In this document: positions 46,043-55,613 of the stretch, piece after piece | Layout of the letters: each line of letters begins with the position of its first letter | Position numbering within the stretch: the stretch's first letter is position 1 | Assembly: GCA_963850725.1 (NCBI GenBank) | Contig: CAWKMQ010000018.1 | Span: forward strand, 191,128 to 255,127 | DNA from: Vicinamibacterales bacterium | Lineage (GTDB): Bacteria > Acidobacteriota > Vicinamibacteria > Vicinamibacterales > JAMQPK01 | Reading direction: 5' to 3' | DNA: 64,000 nt | The notes under the pieces: generated by a model | What the model was told of the DNA's origin: nothing | Databases searched by the model: none | The model's input: only the letters and a program-made list of their open reading frames with translations | Program-made: the position numbers and the translations under genes

Positions 46043-48937
46043 CTAGAACGTGTAACGCGCTTCGAACTGGAAAATCCTCGGCGGCGTCAGCCCGGTCCCG
46101 TTCTGCCCGCCGTTCTCGGACGCCGTCGCGTTCCCGAACGTCGGCCCTGCCCGGACGACGATCGACGTCACCGGATTGACGTTCATCACGTTGAAGCAGT
46201 CGAGACGAAGCTCGAGATTCTGTCCACCGAAGCGGAACCGCTTCGCGGCCCTCACGTCGACCAGGCCGACGTTTTCGAGGCTGAGACTGCCGATGGGCTC
46301 GGCATTGACGACGAGCGTCGTAATCGATCCGCCGCCTCTCAGCAGTACCTGCCGCGCGAGACGAGTGCCGTTTCGGAGGCTGTAGTTGATGCCGCCGATG
46401 ATGTCCCACGGGAAGACGTACAGGACCCTGACATCTTCGCCGATCCACGTCCAGGTCTCGTCCGCCGTGTTGATCTCCGCGTTCGGCGTGAGCGCCGAGC
46501 CGTCGACGAACGGGACGTGGCGTTTCGTGGCCGAGTACGACGCCATGAACTGCCACTCGTTCGCGAGCCGCTTGGTGGCCGCGAACTCGATCGTCTTGAA
46601 CGTCGCGTCGTTCTTCGGGTCGTCATTGACCAGCTTGGTCCCCTCGAACGCCGCGCCGCGGTAGGCGGCGGGGTAGTCGAAGTAGGTCAGCAGGACGCCC
46701 GTGTCGTCCGACGTACCCAGGTTGCCGTCCGGTCCCGGATCGAGGCTCGAAATCGGAATGTTGAACGCGTCGAATACGGCCGGAGCGGGTTCAGGTTCCG
46801 GTTGACGTTGAAGTTCTTCAGGTAGACGCCGGTCAACGCGGACGGCGAAATCCGTGGACAGTTGCCGCTCGAATCCGGCCGAGTACTCCTCCGACCCCGG
46901 GATGCGCTCATCGGGATTCAGGAACGCGTTCAGCTGCGAACCGCCGGACCTGAAGTCGGACCCGTTCGGGTCGAGATTGACTTCACCCGGGTCGTAGTTG
47001 CGATTGCCGTTGTTGTCGTGCCAGTCGTAGGTCATCGTCCGCTGGCCGTTCTTGTTGAAGTTGTTGATCTCGGCCCCGGTCGAGCGGATGTGCACGAAGC
47101 GGCCGTAGCCGCCTTTGATGACCGATCGACCGTCGCCGCTCAGGTCGAAGGCGGCGTGGATGCGCGGCGTGACCGAGTTGAAGATGTTCGGATGCACCTC
47201 GTCGTTGCAGTTTGGCGGGAACGCCTGCACGAATGCGCCGACACGCTGACATTGCGCCGGAACCCACCCGCGATCGCGCTGCGCGCGAACGCCGAGACTC
47301 AGCGTCAGCCGGCGGTTGATCGTCCAGGAATCCTGGACGTAGCCCGCGAGGTAGCGTGTCTTCAGTTCCGGGGCGTTCGGCGTGTTGTAGATCTCGATCT
47401 GAAACGGGGTGTTGTTGCTGAACAGGAGGCGATAGTCGCCGCTCCGCCGCGCCGGATTGGTGGCGCCGTTGCCGCCGTCGAGGAAGTCGAGGCCGAACGT
47501 AAACCCGTGGTTGCCCGCGAGCAGATTCGGCTTGTACCAGGAGAGCACGGCCCTGTCGTGAATCTGCCCGGTCGTGCTGTAACGCCCATCGGACACCGCA
47601 TCGCCGTCTTCCATGAGCGTCACGATGTCGCGGGTTCGCGGTATGCCGGGCGCGAACCCGGTGAACTGATTGACGTGCTCAAAGCGGCCGTGCTGCACCG
47701 ACAAGGTGAGGGACTGCCCGATGGTCGACTGCCACTCGAGCTTCCACGTCTCTCCCCACGCGTTGTTCTGTTCCATCGCGCGCTCGGGCACGAACTGGCT
47801 CGCGCTGCGCTTTTCATGGTCGCCGTACCGGTGCCAGAACGCGATGAGCTTGTTCGTCCTGTTGAGCTGCCCCGACACTTTGTAGGCCTGGAAGAACTGA
47901 TGCTGCGGCCTGTGGATGATCGACCCGTCCGGCCTGGACGGCAAACGGAATTTCCCGATGACATGACGATAGCGAAGGTCCCGAAGAACCACAACCGGTC
48001 CTGAATCAGCTTGCCTCCCAGCTGGCCGCCCCCGTCCTTCCGCGTGATGAGCTTCGGCGCAGAAACGACCCCCTGCTTCTTGAGCGCGGGCGTGATGTTG
48101 TCGCTCTCGAAGTTGCTGTTCGTGAAGCTGCCCTCCAGCGCACCGTGGTAGGCGTTGCCGCCCGATTTCGTGATGAGGTTGACGCTCATGCCGCGCTTCG
48201 GCATCTCGGCGCCGTTGCCGCTCGTCTGCACGCGCGCTTCCTCGATGGCGTTGAAGTTGTAGTGGGTGCCGCTGGCGCTCGTCTGGCTCGCGGCGGCAAA
48301 GACGCCTTCGAGCAGCGACCACAATTCATTGCCCTGCCCGTTGGAGACGAAGATGTTCGTGTCGGTGATGGCCGAGCCGCCGACCTCGATGTTGCTCTGC
48401 GCGCCCGGCACCTGTGACAGGAAGCCGACGATCCCGTTGGTCCCTGACGGAATCATCTCGAGCGCTTCGGTTTCGAGCAGCGTGGCGGTGGATGCCTGCG
48501 TCACGTCAACCAGAGGCGACTGGCCCGGAGACCGTCACGGTTTCCGCCAGCTGTCCGATCTGCAGCACCTGGTCGAGCTTTGCCGAGAAGTTCGTCGCCA
48601 GCCTCACATCTTCGACCCGGAGGGTCTGAAATCCGGTGAGCGAGTACTCGATGGTGTAGACGCCGATGGGCAGCGGGGTGATTCGGTACTCACCGCGCTC
48701 GTCGGTGATCGCGGTGACCTCGGGCACCTGCAGCGCAGGGCTTCTGAGGGTGACCGTGACGCCGGGAAGCGCTCCACCCGCATCGTCGGTGACCTGTCCA
48801 AGGATGGTGCCCGATCCGGTCTGGGCACCCGCCGGCGCCGCCAGGGCGAGCACGCTTACAGCCGTGGCAAAGGCGAGGCAAAGAGCGACGGATCGTCGAG
48901 GGAACAGTGACAGCAACATCGCGTTCCTCCCGTGCAA
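46043..48937 (-). pseudogene. TonB-dependent receptor with N-terminal CarboxypepD_reg domain, at least 5 frame changes
   Basis: N-terminus in ORF 48506..48937 (..TGSGTILGQVTDDAGGALPGVTVTLRSPALQ..ERGEYRI..). The middle is in ORF 47620..48504 and the rest in ORF 46043..48322, with a local double shift near 46800. Ends ..RIFQFEARYTF. Confidence 0.85.
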
Positions 48938-48976
48938 TTTCTCGAATTGTCCCCCCGAGACGGGTCAAGTCAAGGC

Positions 48977-48995
48977 GGTCTCACCTTGTGAGACC
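48977..48995. promoter_or_regulatory. Perfect 7-bp inverted repeat GGTCTCA-N5-TGAGACC in a divergent promoter region
   Basis: Lies between the receptor start (48937, minus strand) and the HpcH-like gene start (49047). It is an operator candidate only. Confidence 0.3.
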
Positions 48996-48998
48996 GGC

Positions 48999-49050
48999 TA
49001 GAATCTGGAATCTAAAACTAAAATCTGAAATGAAACTGAAGACTGAATGG
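48999..49050. repeat. Word array, cores GAATCT/AAAACT/GAAACT
   Basis: tagaatctggaatctaaaactaaaatctgaaatgaaactgaagactgaatgg. It is related to the array at 61514..61570. Confidence 0.7.
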
Positions 49051-49817
49051 AGGGCATGATGAATCGTCGAGCATTCGGCATGACGCTGGTCGGAATGGCC
49101 GCGGCGGCCCGTGCCGCGGCCGCGCAGGCGCCCGCGATTCCGAGCTGGAGCCAGTTCAAGCCACTCCCCGGATCGCTGAAAGAGAAGATGCACACCGGCC
49201 AGCGGATTCGATCGGCGGCCGCGACCATCGACACGACGCGTGCCCAGCTCCAGGAACTCAGCAAGAAGGCCGGCGGGGCAGAGCTCTTCAGTCTCGACGC
49301 GCAGCATCGCCCGTTGCCGGACGAGCGCGAGCTGGTGAAGTTCTGCAAGATGGCGGAAGAGCTCGGCGCGGGCGTGCAGATCCGGCTGCAACATCCCAGA
49401 CTGGCGTACCTGGCCGGCCGCTACGCGGATCTCGGCGTGCTCGCCGTCATGGTGCCGCTCGTCGAGGAGGTGGAGACCGCGAACGAGGCCATCAACAACT
49501 TCTACTATCCTCCGCTCGGCAACCGGAGCTGGGGTGGGGAATTCCGGTTCCGCGAGAAGCCGCCCACCGATCGCCTGAAGTACGCGCAGTGGTGGAACGG
49601 CAACGGGCTGCTGGGCTTTCAGATCGAAACCCTGCGTGGGGCGCTCAACGCCAGGAACACCGTGAAGCCGGGCATCGACTGGATTTCATGGGGACCGGGC
49701 GACATGGCGTTCGACATCGAGCGGCACTCGAACAGCCCGTTCAAGACGATCGAGGACGTGCACAAATACGTGATCGAGCAGCTGAAGGGCTACGACGTGC
49801 GGCTGCCCGACTCGTAA
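49047..49817 (+). CDS. HpcH/HpaI aldolase family protein with a twin-arginine (Tat) signal
   Basis: Intact 256-aa ORF. Signal MNRRAFGMTLVGMAAAARAAAAQA. Family blocks FSLDAQHRP, AVMVPLVEEVETANEAINNFYYPPLGNRSW, GFQIETLRGA and WGPGDMAFD align by eye with the HpaI blocks LIDGEHAP, LLVPMVQNADEA..RYPPAGIRG, QIET and GPADL. Confidence 0.65.
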   Translation: MEGMMNRRAFGMTLVGMAAAARAAAAQAPAIPSWSQFKPLPGSLKEKMHTGQRIRSAAATIDTTRAQLQELSKKAGGAELFSLDAQHRPLPDERELVKFCKMAEELGAGVQIRLQHPRLAYLAGRYADLGVLAVMVPLVEEVETANEAINNFYYPPLGNRSWGGEFRFREKPPTDRLKYAQWWNGNGLLGFQIETLRGALNARNTVKPGIDWISWGPGDMAFDIERHSNSPFKTIEDVHKYVIEQLKGYDVRLPDS

Positions 49818-49832
49818 AGAGCGGCGGGCTCT

Positions 49833-49870
49833 GATGGCAAATGGCAGATGGCAGAGCGTGCTACTGCCAT
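49833..49870. repeat. ATGGCAG word array forming a short hairpin after the stop
   Basis: gatggcaaatggcagatggcagagcgtgctactgccat. The 7-bp stem ATGGCAG (49848-49854) / CTGCCAT (49864-49870) lies 16 nt after the stop at 49817. Confidence 0.6.
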
Positions 49871-49929
49871 ATGCTTGACGTGCTTTCTTCGTGATCTTGT
49901 CCATCCGCCTTCTGTCATCGTGCCTGCTG

Positions 49930-52900
49930 TCAGAACTTGTAGTTCACCGCCAGCCTCGGGAAGCGCCCCGTCATGATCGTCGTGGCATTGCCGAGGCTCG
50001 CGCCAACGAGTTGTTGGCTGCACGGATGGCGTTGGCGTTCAGCACGTTGAAGATGTCGATCTGGAACGTCAGCACGTTGTTGTTGTGCCGGATGTTCTTC
50101 TTGACGTTGAGGTCGAGCTGGTTCCAGCGATCGTAGAAGACCGATCCTGGCGGCGACAGGATGAACGTCTGCGCCTGCGTGCGCTGGTTGTTCGGGAACC
50201 GTGCCTGCTTCGGGCGCCCAGGTGATCACGCGTTCCACGCCACCATAGCTCTGCAGACCGCACCGACGTCGATCGAGTACGGGAGCGAGTAGTTTCCCGC
50301 GAACTTCACCTCCTGGATGAACGGGTAGTCGAACTGCGTCTGGTCGCAGTAGCGGCCTCCCAGCGGCGCATCCACGCCCGTGGTGGCGGCCGTCGGGTTG
50401 AATTGCCCCGTCGTCGTCGGGCCGTTCGGGTCGTCGTTGTTGTCGCACCACCGCTGGAGCGTGTGCTCCGCGGTCCAGCTGCCAAACAGCATCGCGCCGC
50501 CCGGAAGTCTCACGTTGAATGACGCCTCGAAACCCGTATAGAGCGTGTCGTTGGTCGTGTCGCTGCGATCGACCACGCCCGACGTTGAAGACGCCCAGCT
50601 TGGCCTGATTCAGGTTGTAGACCGGAACCATCTCGCCGGATTCAGGACGGCGGCGACGTCTGGATCTCGCGAGACGTCCGGCATCGGCGTCTCGAACCGG
50701 GTGTAGTCGGTCTCGGCGATGTTCAACCGATCCTGGAACGCCAGGTCGGCGATCTTGCGCTTGTAGAACATCGCGCCGACGGCCAGGCGCTGAGATACCT
50801 GGTGTTGCACGCCGGCCGTGAACTCGTCGTTGTACTGGCGCTCGAGATTCAGCGGTTTGCGATCGGGTCTGTCAGGGTTCGCGAACGCGCCGTTGCTCGG
50901 GCTCAGTCCGATCTCGTTGTCCTGCGCAACGCCGTCGCAATCGGTCGGCAGGACTTTGATCCCGGGACAGAGGCCCGCAGCCCCTGATGGGTTGTTGCTG
51001 CCGGTGACGAGGTTCCGGTCGAGCCAGGTGCGCATCTCGCTGCGTTCGCCGGCTCTGCCGTAGGCGTTGGCCGCGATGTCGCCGTCGTAGTTGCGATAGT
51101 ACTTGCTCCAGCTGCCCTTCAGCGCCGTACGGCCGTCGCCAAACAGGTCGTACACCGCGCTGAAGCGCGGAGAGTAGTCGGCACCGAAATCGATGAGGCC
51201 CCTCTCCTCTTCGATGAAGCGGGCCGGCGCGAACCGCCCTGCCGCCATGCTGCTCTCGTACATGCCGGTCTCGACCCACTGAACGCGAATGCCGGGGTTG
51301 ATGGTCAGGCGCTTGAGCGTCCAGCTGTCCTGCACGAAGATGCCGACGTCGTAGGCGACATAGGCGGGCTGGATGACCGGATTGTTGAAGACCTCGACCG
51401 TCGTCGGCTGATTGTTGGTATAGCGCTGCTGCAAATGGCCGTTGCGCGTGTTCTTGCGCTGCCGGCCGGGACCCCAGTCGTTCTCGATGCCGAACTTGAG
51501 GTTGTGAGATCCGGTGACGTACGAGGCCATGAACTTCGCCTCGTTGTGGACGCTTTCCTGCCGCTGTTCGCGGGTCGCGTTCCACGCCGGTGCAGCCGTT
51601 GGGGGCAGGCAGCAGCGCATAAATGCACTTGTCCGGGAAGTTGCGGTTGAGCGCGGTGTCGGTCGTCGGCGCCGTCGCATACCATTCCGGTGTGAATGGA
51701 AAGTCGTGCGCGGTGCCGGCTGGCGTACCCGAGGGGCTGCCGCCCCTCCAGTAGAACTCGGCAAAGGACCAGCCGGCCTCAACCAGCCATTTGCTGGTGA
51801 CCGGTGCGGTCAGCTTGATGTTGCCGATCGCGTGGTGCGCATTGCGCGGGTCGCGCTGTTCTCCGGCGCGCGGGTCGACGCCGGCGCCAATCGAATGGCC
51901 TTTCTTGTGCCACCACCGCTCGAGGAACCCGGCCACCTTGTATTTCTCGGCCGCCTGCCACGTCAGTCGCGTCGATATGCTCCGCACGTACAGGTCGTTG
52001 GTCGCCTTGTACTGCGTGCCGTCTGCCGCCGTCACGTACTTCGGCACGTTCGCGATCGTCGTTTCCGTCGACTGATGGCGGGCCGAGAGGATCCACCACA
52101 TCTTGTCTCTCAGGATGGGACCACCGAGCCGATCCGGTGAACGCCTCGAGGTGATCGATGCCGTTGGCGACGTTCAAGCCGCGCGAGCGCAACCGATCGT
52201 CGATGTTGTCCTTCACCCACGTGCCCTTGGTGCCGCCCATGAACGCGGAGCCGCTGAACTGGTTGCCGCCGTCCTTGAGGATGCTGTTCAAGCGGATGCC
52301 GCCGCCGCCGGTGTCGGCCGGAATCGCGGCCGTGCTGACCGTCATTTCCGACTGCAGGGTGTCGTCGAGAAAGCTCAACGACGTGCCTTCGTAGCTCTGA
52401 ATCGACATGCCTTCGACGAGCTGATCGCCGTCGAGGCCGCCGAGCCCGCGCGCACGCAACCCGACTTGCTCGGTCGTCTGGATGCCGCCCATGTCGGGTG
52501 TGCCCGGGCGCACGCCGGGAACAATCACCGCCAGCCCCATGACGTTGCGCGAAATCGGCAGCGCGTCGATGACGTCGCGCGCGATCGTAGTCGTGCGGGT
52601 CGCCTGCTGCACGTCAACCTGCGGCGAGGTGCCAGAGACGTTGATCGTTTCTTCGAGCGAGCCGACCTTCATCTCGGCATTGACGGTGGCTGTGAAGTTT
52701 GCAGGAAGGGCAACGCCCTCTCGAACCACCGTGCCGAAACCGGTGAGCGAAAACGTCAGCTTGTAAGTGCCGGGCCGCATCGCCTCAAACCGATAGCGTC
52801 CCTGGCCGTCTGTGACCGTCGTCTTTGAGCCTTCGATCATCACCGGGCTGCTGACTTCGACGGACACGCCGGGAAGCACGCCTCCCGAGTCGTCCGTCAG

Positions 52901-52996
52901 CAGACCAACGATCGAACTTTGAGCCGAGGACTCTGCCGGGACCATCAAGAGCATGGCCAGACCAAGCAGGATCCCCAGACCGAGTCTCTGCTTCAT
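49930..52996 (-). pseudogene. TonB-dependent receptor with N-terminal CarboxypepD_reg domain, at least 7 frame changes
   Basis: N-terminus in ORF 51779..52996 (..SSIVGLLTDDSGGVLPGVSVEVSSPVMIEG..GQGRYRF..). Further pieces are in ORFs 50872..52101, 50610..51782, 50226..50576 and 49930..50631. Ends ..TGRFPRLAVNYKF. Confidence 0.8.
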
Positions 52997-53117
52997 ACTT
53001 GCTTACCTCCGTGGTCGTGCTGACTGTCGGAATCGTGTGGACGGATTCTAGCGCGTCAAAAGTTGAAGTCAAACGAATCCTTTACCGGTAAACCACGAGA
53101 TCTGCACGGACGGAATT

Positions 53118-53781
53118 TTGGATCGAATGCGAAGAATGGGCGTCCCCGACCTGTACAACCGTTTCATCCTGCCGCGCCTGATCAACTTTGCGATGCAACG
53201 CGATGACGCGACGCGACTGCGGGCGGCCTTCGTTCCCGGGGCGACCGGTACGGTGCTCGAGGTGGGCATCGGTTCGGGTCTGAATCTGCCGCATTACGCG
53301 CACGGTGTCCGACAGCTTTACGGGATCGATCCGTCCGCGGAGCTCCTCGCGATGGCGACCGCGCACGACCTCGTCGGCTCCCTTTCCGGTCGACCTCTCC
53401 AGGCAGAGCGCCGAGCGCATCCAGCTGGCGGACGCCACGGTCGATACGGTCGTCGTCACGTGGTCGCTCTGTTCCATTGAAAATCCCCGCGCGGCCCTTG
53501 GCGAGATCCGCCGGGTGCTGAAGCCCGGCGGCCGGTTCATTTTCGTCGAGCACGGCCTCGCACCCGATGCGGACGTGCAACGGTGGCAGAATCGTCTTAC
53601 GCCGGTGTGGCGCCGGCTCGCCGGAGGCTGTCACTTGAACCGGCCGATCGCGGACCTGATTCGCGAATCGGGCTTCGCGATCGCCGAACTGAAAACGGAA
53701 TATCTGCCCGGACCCCGGCCGATGACGTTCATGTACGAAGGAATCGCTCATGCCAACGATTCGTCTCGCGTGCGAAGCTGA
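53118..53781 (+). pseudogene. Class I SAM-dependent methyltransferase, one frame change
   Basis: Motif I VLEVGIGSGLNL (ORF 53118.., frame 3) joins ORF 53305..53781 (frame 1: ..DTVVVTWSLCSIENPRAALGEIRRVLKPGGRFIFVEHG..) near 53370. Confidence 0.8.
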
Positions 53782-54370
53782 CGCGCCGTCCGTCGCTGAA
53801 ATCTACGCGCCGTATTGCAACGAGACCGTCATCTCGTTCGAGGAAGCGGGGCCGGCCGCCGACGAGATGGCCGGGCGCATTGGCAGGATCGGCCGAACTC
53901 ATCCCTGGATCGTGTTGGAAGACGCGGGAGCGATCGTCGGGTATGCCTACGCGTCGCCGCACCACGAACGTGCGGCCTACCGCTGGTCGGTGAGCACGGC
54001 GATCTACATCGGCCGCGGGCTCCATCGGCGGGGCGCAGGGCGCGCCTTGTATACGACCCTGTTCGAATTGCTGCGCCATCTCGGTTATTACACCGCCACC
54101 GCGGGCATCACGTTACCGAACGCGGCCAGCGTCGGGCTGCACGAAGCGTTTGGATTCACGCTGGTTGGCGTGTATCGTGACATCGGACACAAGATGGGCG
54201 CCTGGCACGACGTCGCGTGGTACCAGACGACGGTGCAGCCGGCGATCGGCGCAGCCGTCCGATCCCCGTCCGATTGGCGCCATACACGGCTCGCCGTCCT
54301 GGCACGATGCCGTGGCGCGAGGAGTGGCCTTGTATGCCGAGCGCGCCTGACGAGCTCACCGAATTCGTGA
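53750..54370 (+). CDS. GNAT acetyltransferase of the phosphinothricin-N-acetyltransferase (PAT)-like type; 3' end uncertain
   Basis: Sequence MPTIRLACEADAPSVAEIYAPYCNETVISFEE..WIVLEDAGAIVGYAYASPHHERAAYRWSV..GRGLHRRGAGRALY..SVGLHEAFGF..KMGAWHDVAWYQ. The tail after about 54245 may be out of frame. Confidence 0.75.
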   Translation: MPTIRLACEADAPSVAEIYAPYCNETVISFEEAGPAADEMAGRIGRIGRTHPWIVLEDAGAIVGYAYASPHHERAAYRWSVSTAIYIGRGLHRRGAGRALYTTLFELLRHLGYYTATAGITLPNAASVGLHEAFGFTLVGVYRDIGHKMGAWHDVAWYQTTVQPAIGAAVRSPSDWRHTRLAVLARCRGARSGLVCRARLTSSPNS

Positions 54371-54987
54371 AAGCGGCGCTGTCGCGCGGCGTGCCGCGCG
54401 CCGAGATCGAAGACGTGCTGCGCGAGGCCGGATGGACGATCGATCAGACCCGGATGGCGCTGGCGGGTTTCGCCGATACGACGTTTCCCGTTCCGGTGCC
54501 GAAACCGCGCCCGTATCTCGATGCGCGCGACGCGTTCATGTACCTCGTGCTGTTTTCCACGCTGTACTGGAGCGCCTACCATCTCGGCAGCCTGCTGTTC
54601 GACATCATCAACGTGATGTTCCCGGATCCGGCCACCGACCAGGGGCAGTTCCTGCCTTACACGCGCAGCGCGATGCGTTTCTCCATCGCGTCGCTCATCG
54701 TCGCCTTCCCCGTGTTCCTGTACATGTCGCGCCTGATCGCGCGCGACATGGCCGCCGATCCGAACAAGAAGTATTCCAAGGTGCGTCGCTGGCTGACGTA
54801 CCTGACGCTGTTCTTCGCGTCGAGTGTCGTCATCGGCGACGTCATCTCGCTCCTGTACAACCTGCTCGGGGGCGAGCTGACGATTCGATTCGTCCTGAAA
54901 ACGCTCGTCGTCGCGTTCATCGCCGGCACGACGTTCTGGTATTACCTGACATCGCTCGAGGATGCCGTTCAGCGACGGTCCGGCTGA
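54334..54987 (+). CDS. DUF5671-like integral membrane protein
   Basis: In-frame ATG within track ORF 54217..54987. A soluble N-terminal domain (..FVKAALSRGVPRAEIEDVLREAGW..) is followed by 4 predicted TM helices. Confidence 0.55.
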   Translation: MPSAPDELTEFVKAALSRGVPRAEIEDVLREAGWTIDQTRMALAGFADTTFPVPVPKPRPYLDARDAFMYLVLFSTLYWSAYHLGSLLFDIINVMFPDPATDQGQFLPYTRSAMRFSIASLIVAFPVFLYMSRLIARDMAADPNKKYSKVRRWLTYLTLFFASSVVIGDVISLLYNLLGGELTIRFVLKTLVVAFIAGTTFWYYLTSLEDAVQRRSG

Positions 54988-55004
54988 AGCCGGACACTAG
55001 TACA
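54978..55004. repeat. REP-like element, single hairpin; the gene's stop codon lies in the loop
   Basis: gtccggctgaagccggac + actagtaca. The TGA at 54985-54987, in the hairpin loop, is the stop of the DUF5671-like gene. Confidence 0.8.
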
Positions 55005-55100
55005 TGCAGCACTAAGCAGGACGTCGCCACAAACATCGTCGAGCGACCAACGGTCGCGAGATACAGGTCGCGGGGGTGGGGCCCCGCGACAAACTGAATA

Positions 55101-55496
55101 ATGCGAACGGTCATTGTCGTCATCGCCGTCCTCGTGGTGCTGGGTGCGCTTGGCGGCGGGTTCTATCTCATCGGGCCTCCCGCGGAGGAACGCGCGCGGC
55201 AATTCGACGCCCGGCGGGAAGCCGACCTGCAGCGGCTGCGTCTGGCGGCCGATCTGTACTGGACCCGCAACCGGCGTCTGCCCGCGTCGCTCGACGAGCT
55301 TCACAAGGAAGCCGGCACGAACATCTTTGCCCGCGATCCGCAGTCCGGCGCGGCGTACGGCTACGCGGTGAAAGCCGGCGACGCGTACGAGCTGTGCGCC
55401 GAATTCGCCCGCGCATCCGAGCTGCGCGGTGACTTCTGGTCGCATGGAGAGGGAAGGCAGTGTTTTCAGATAACGGCAAAGGTGCTGACACCGTAA
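55101..55496 (+). CDS. Membrane-anchored hypothetical protein
   Basis: Intact 131-aa ORF with an N-terminal TM helix (VIVVIAVLVVLGALGGGFYLI). The segment LPASLDEL..RDPQSGAAYGYAV..YELCAEF loosely resembles pseudopilin-type globular domains (weak). Confidence 0.45.
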   Translation: MRTVIVVIAVLVVLGALGGGFYLIGPPAEERARQFDARREADLQRLRLAADLYWTRNRRLPASLDELHKEAGTNIFARDPQSGAAYGYAVKAGDAYELCAEFARASELRGDFWSHGEGRQCFQITAKVLTP

Positions 55497-55613
55497 GTAA
55501 AAAGTAGAAAGTAGAAAGTAAGGAATAAGGAAGCTAATGTTGATGCGACTGAGGTTGCCGTCTCGCTATTCCTTTTTACTTTTCACTTTTCACTTTCCAC
55601 TTTTTCCTTTCCA
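55497..55613. repeat. Word-array hairpin (GTAGAAAG word) spanning a stop, the next start codon and a signal-peptide region
   Basis: The 5' arm is gtaaaaagtagaaagtagaaagtaaggaataaggaag. The loop contains ATG 55537. The 3' arm is tcctttttacttttcacttttcactttccactttttcctttccac. The architecture matches 20949..21062. Confidence 0.8.
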
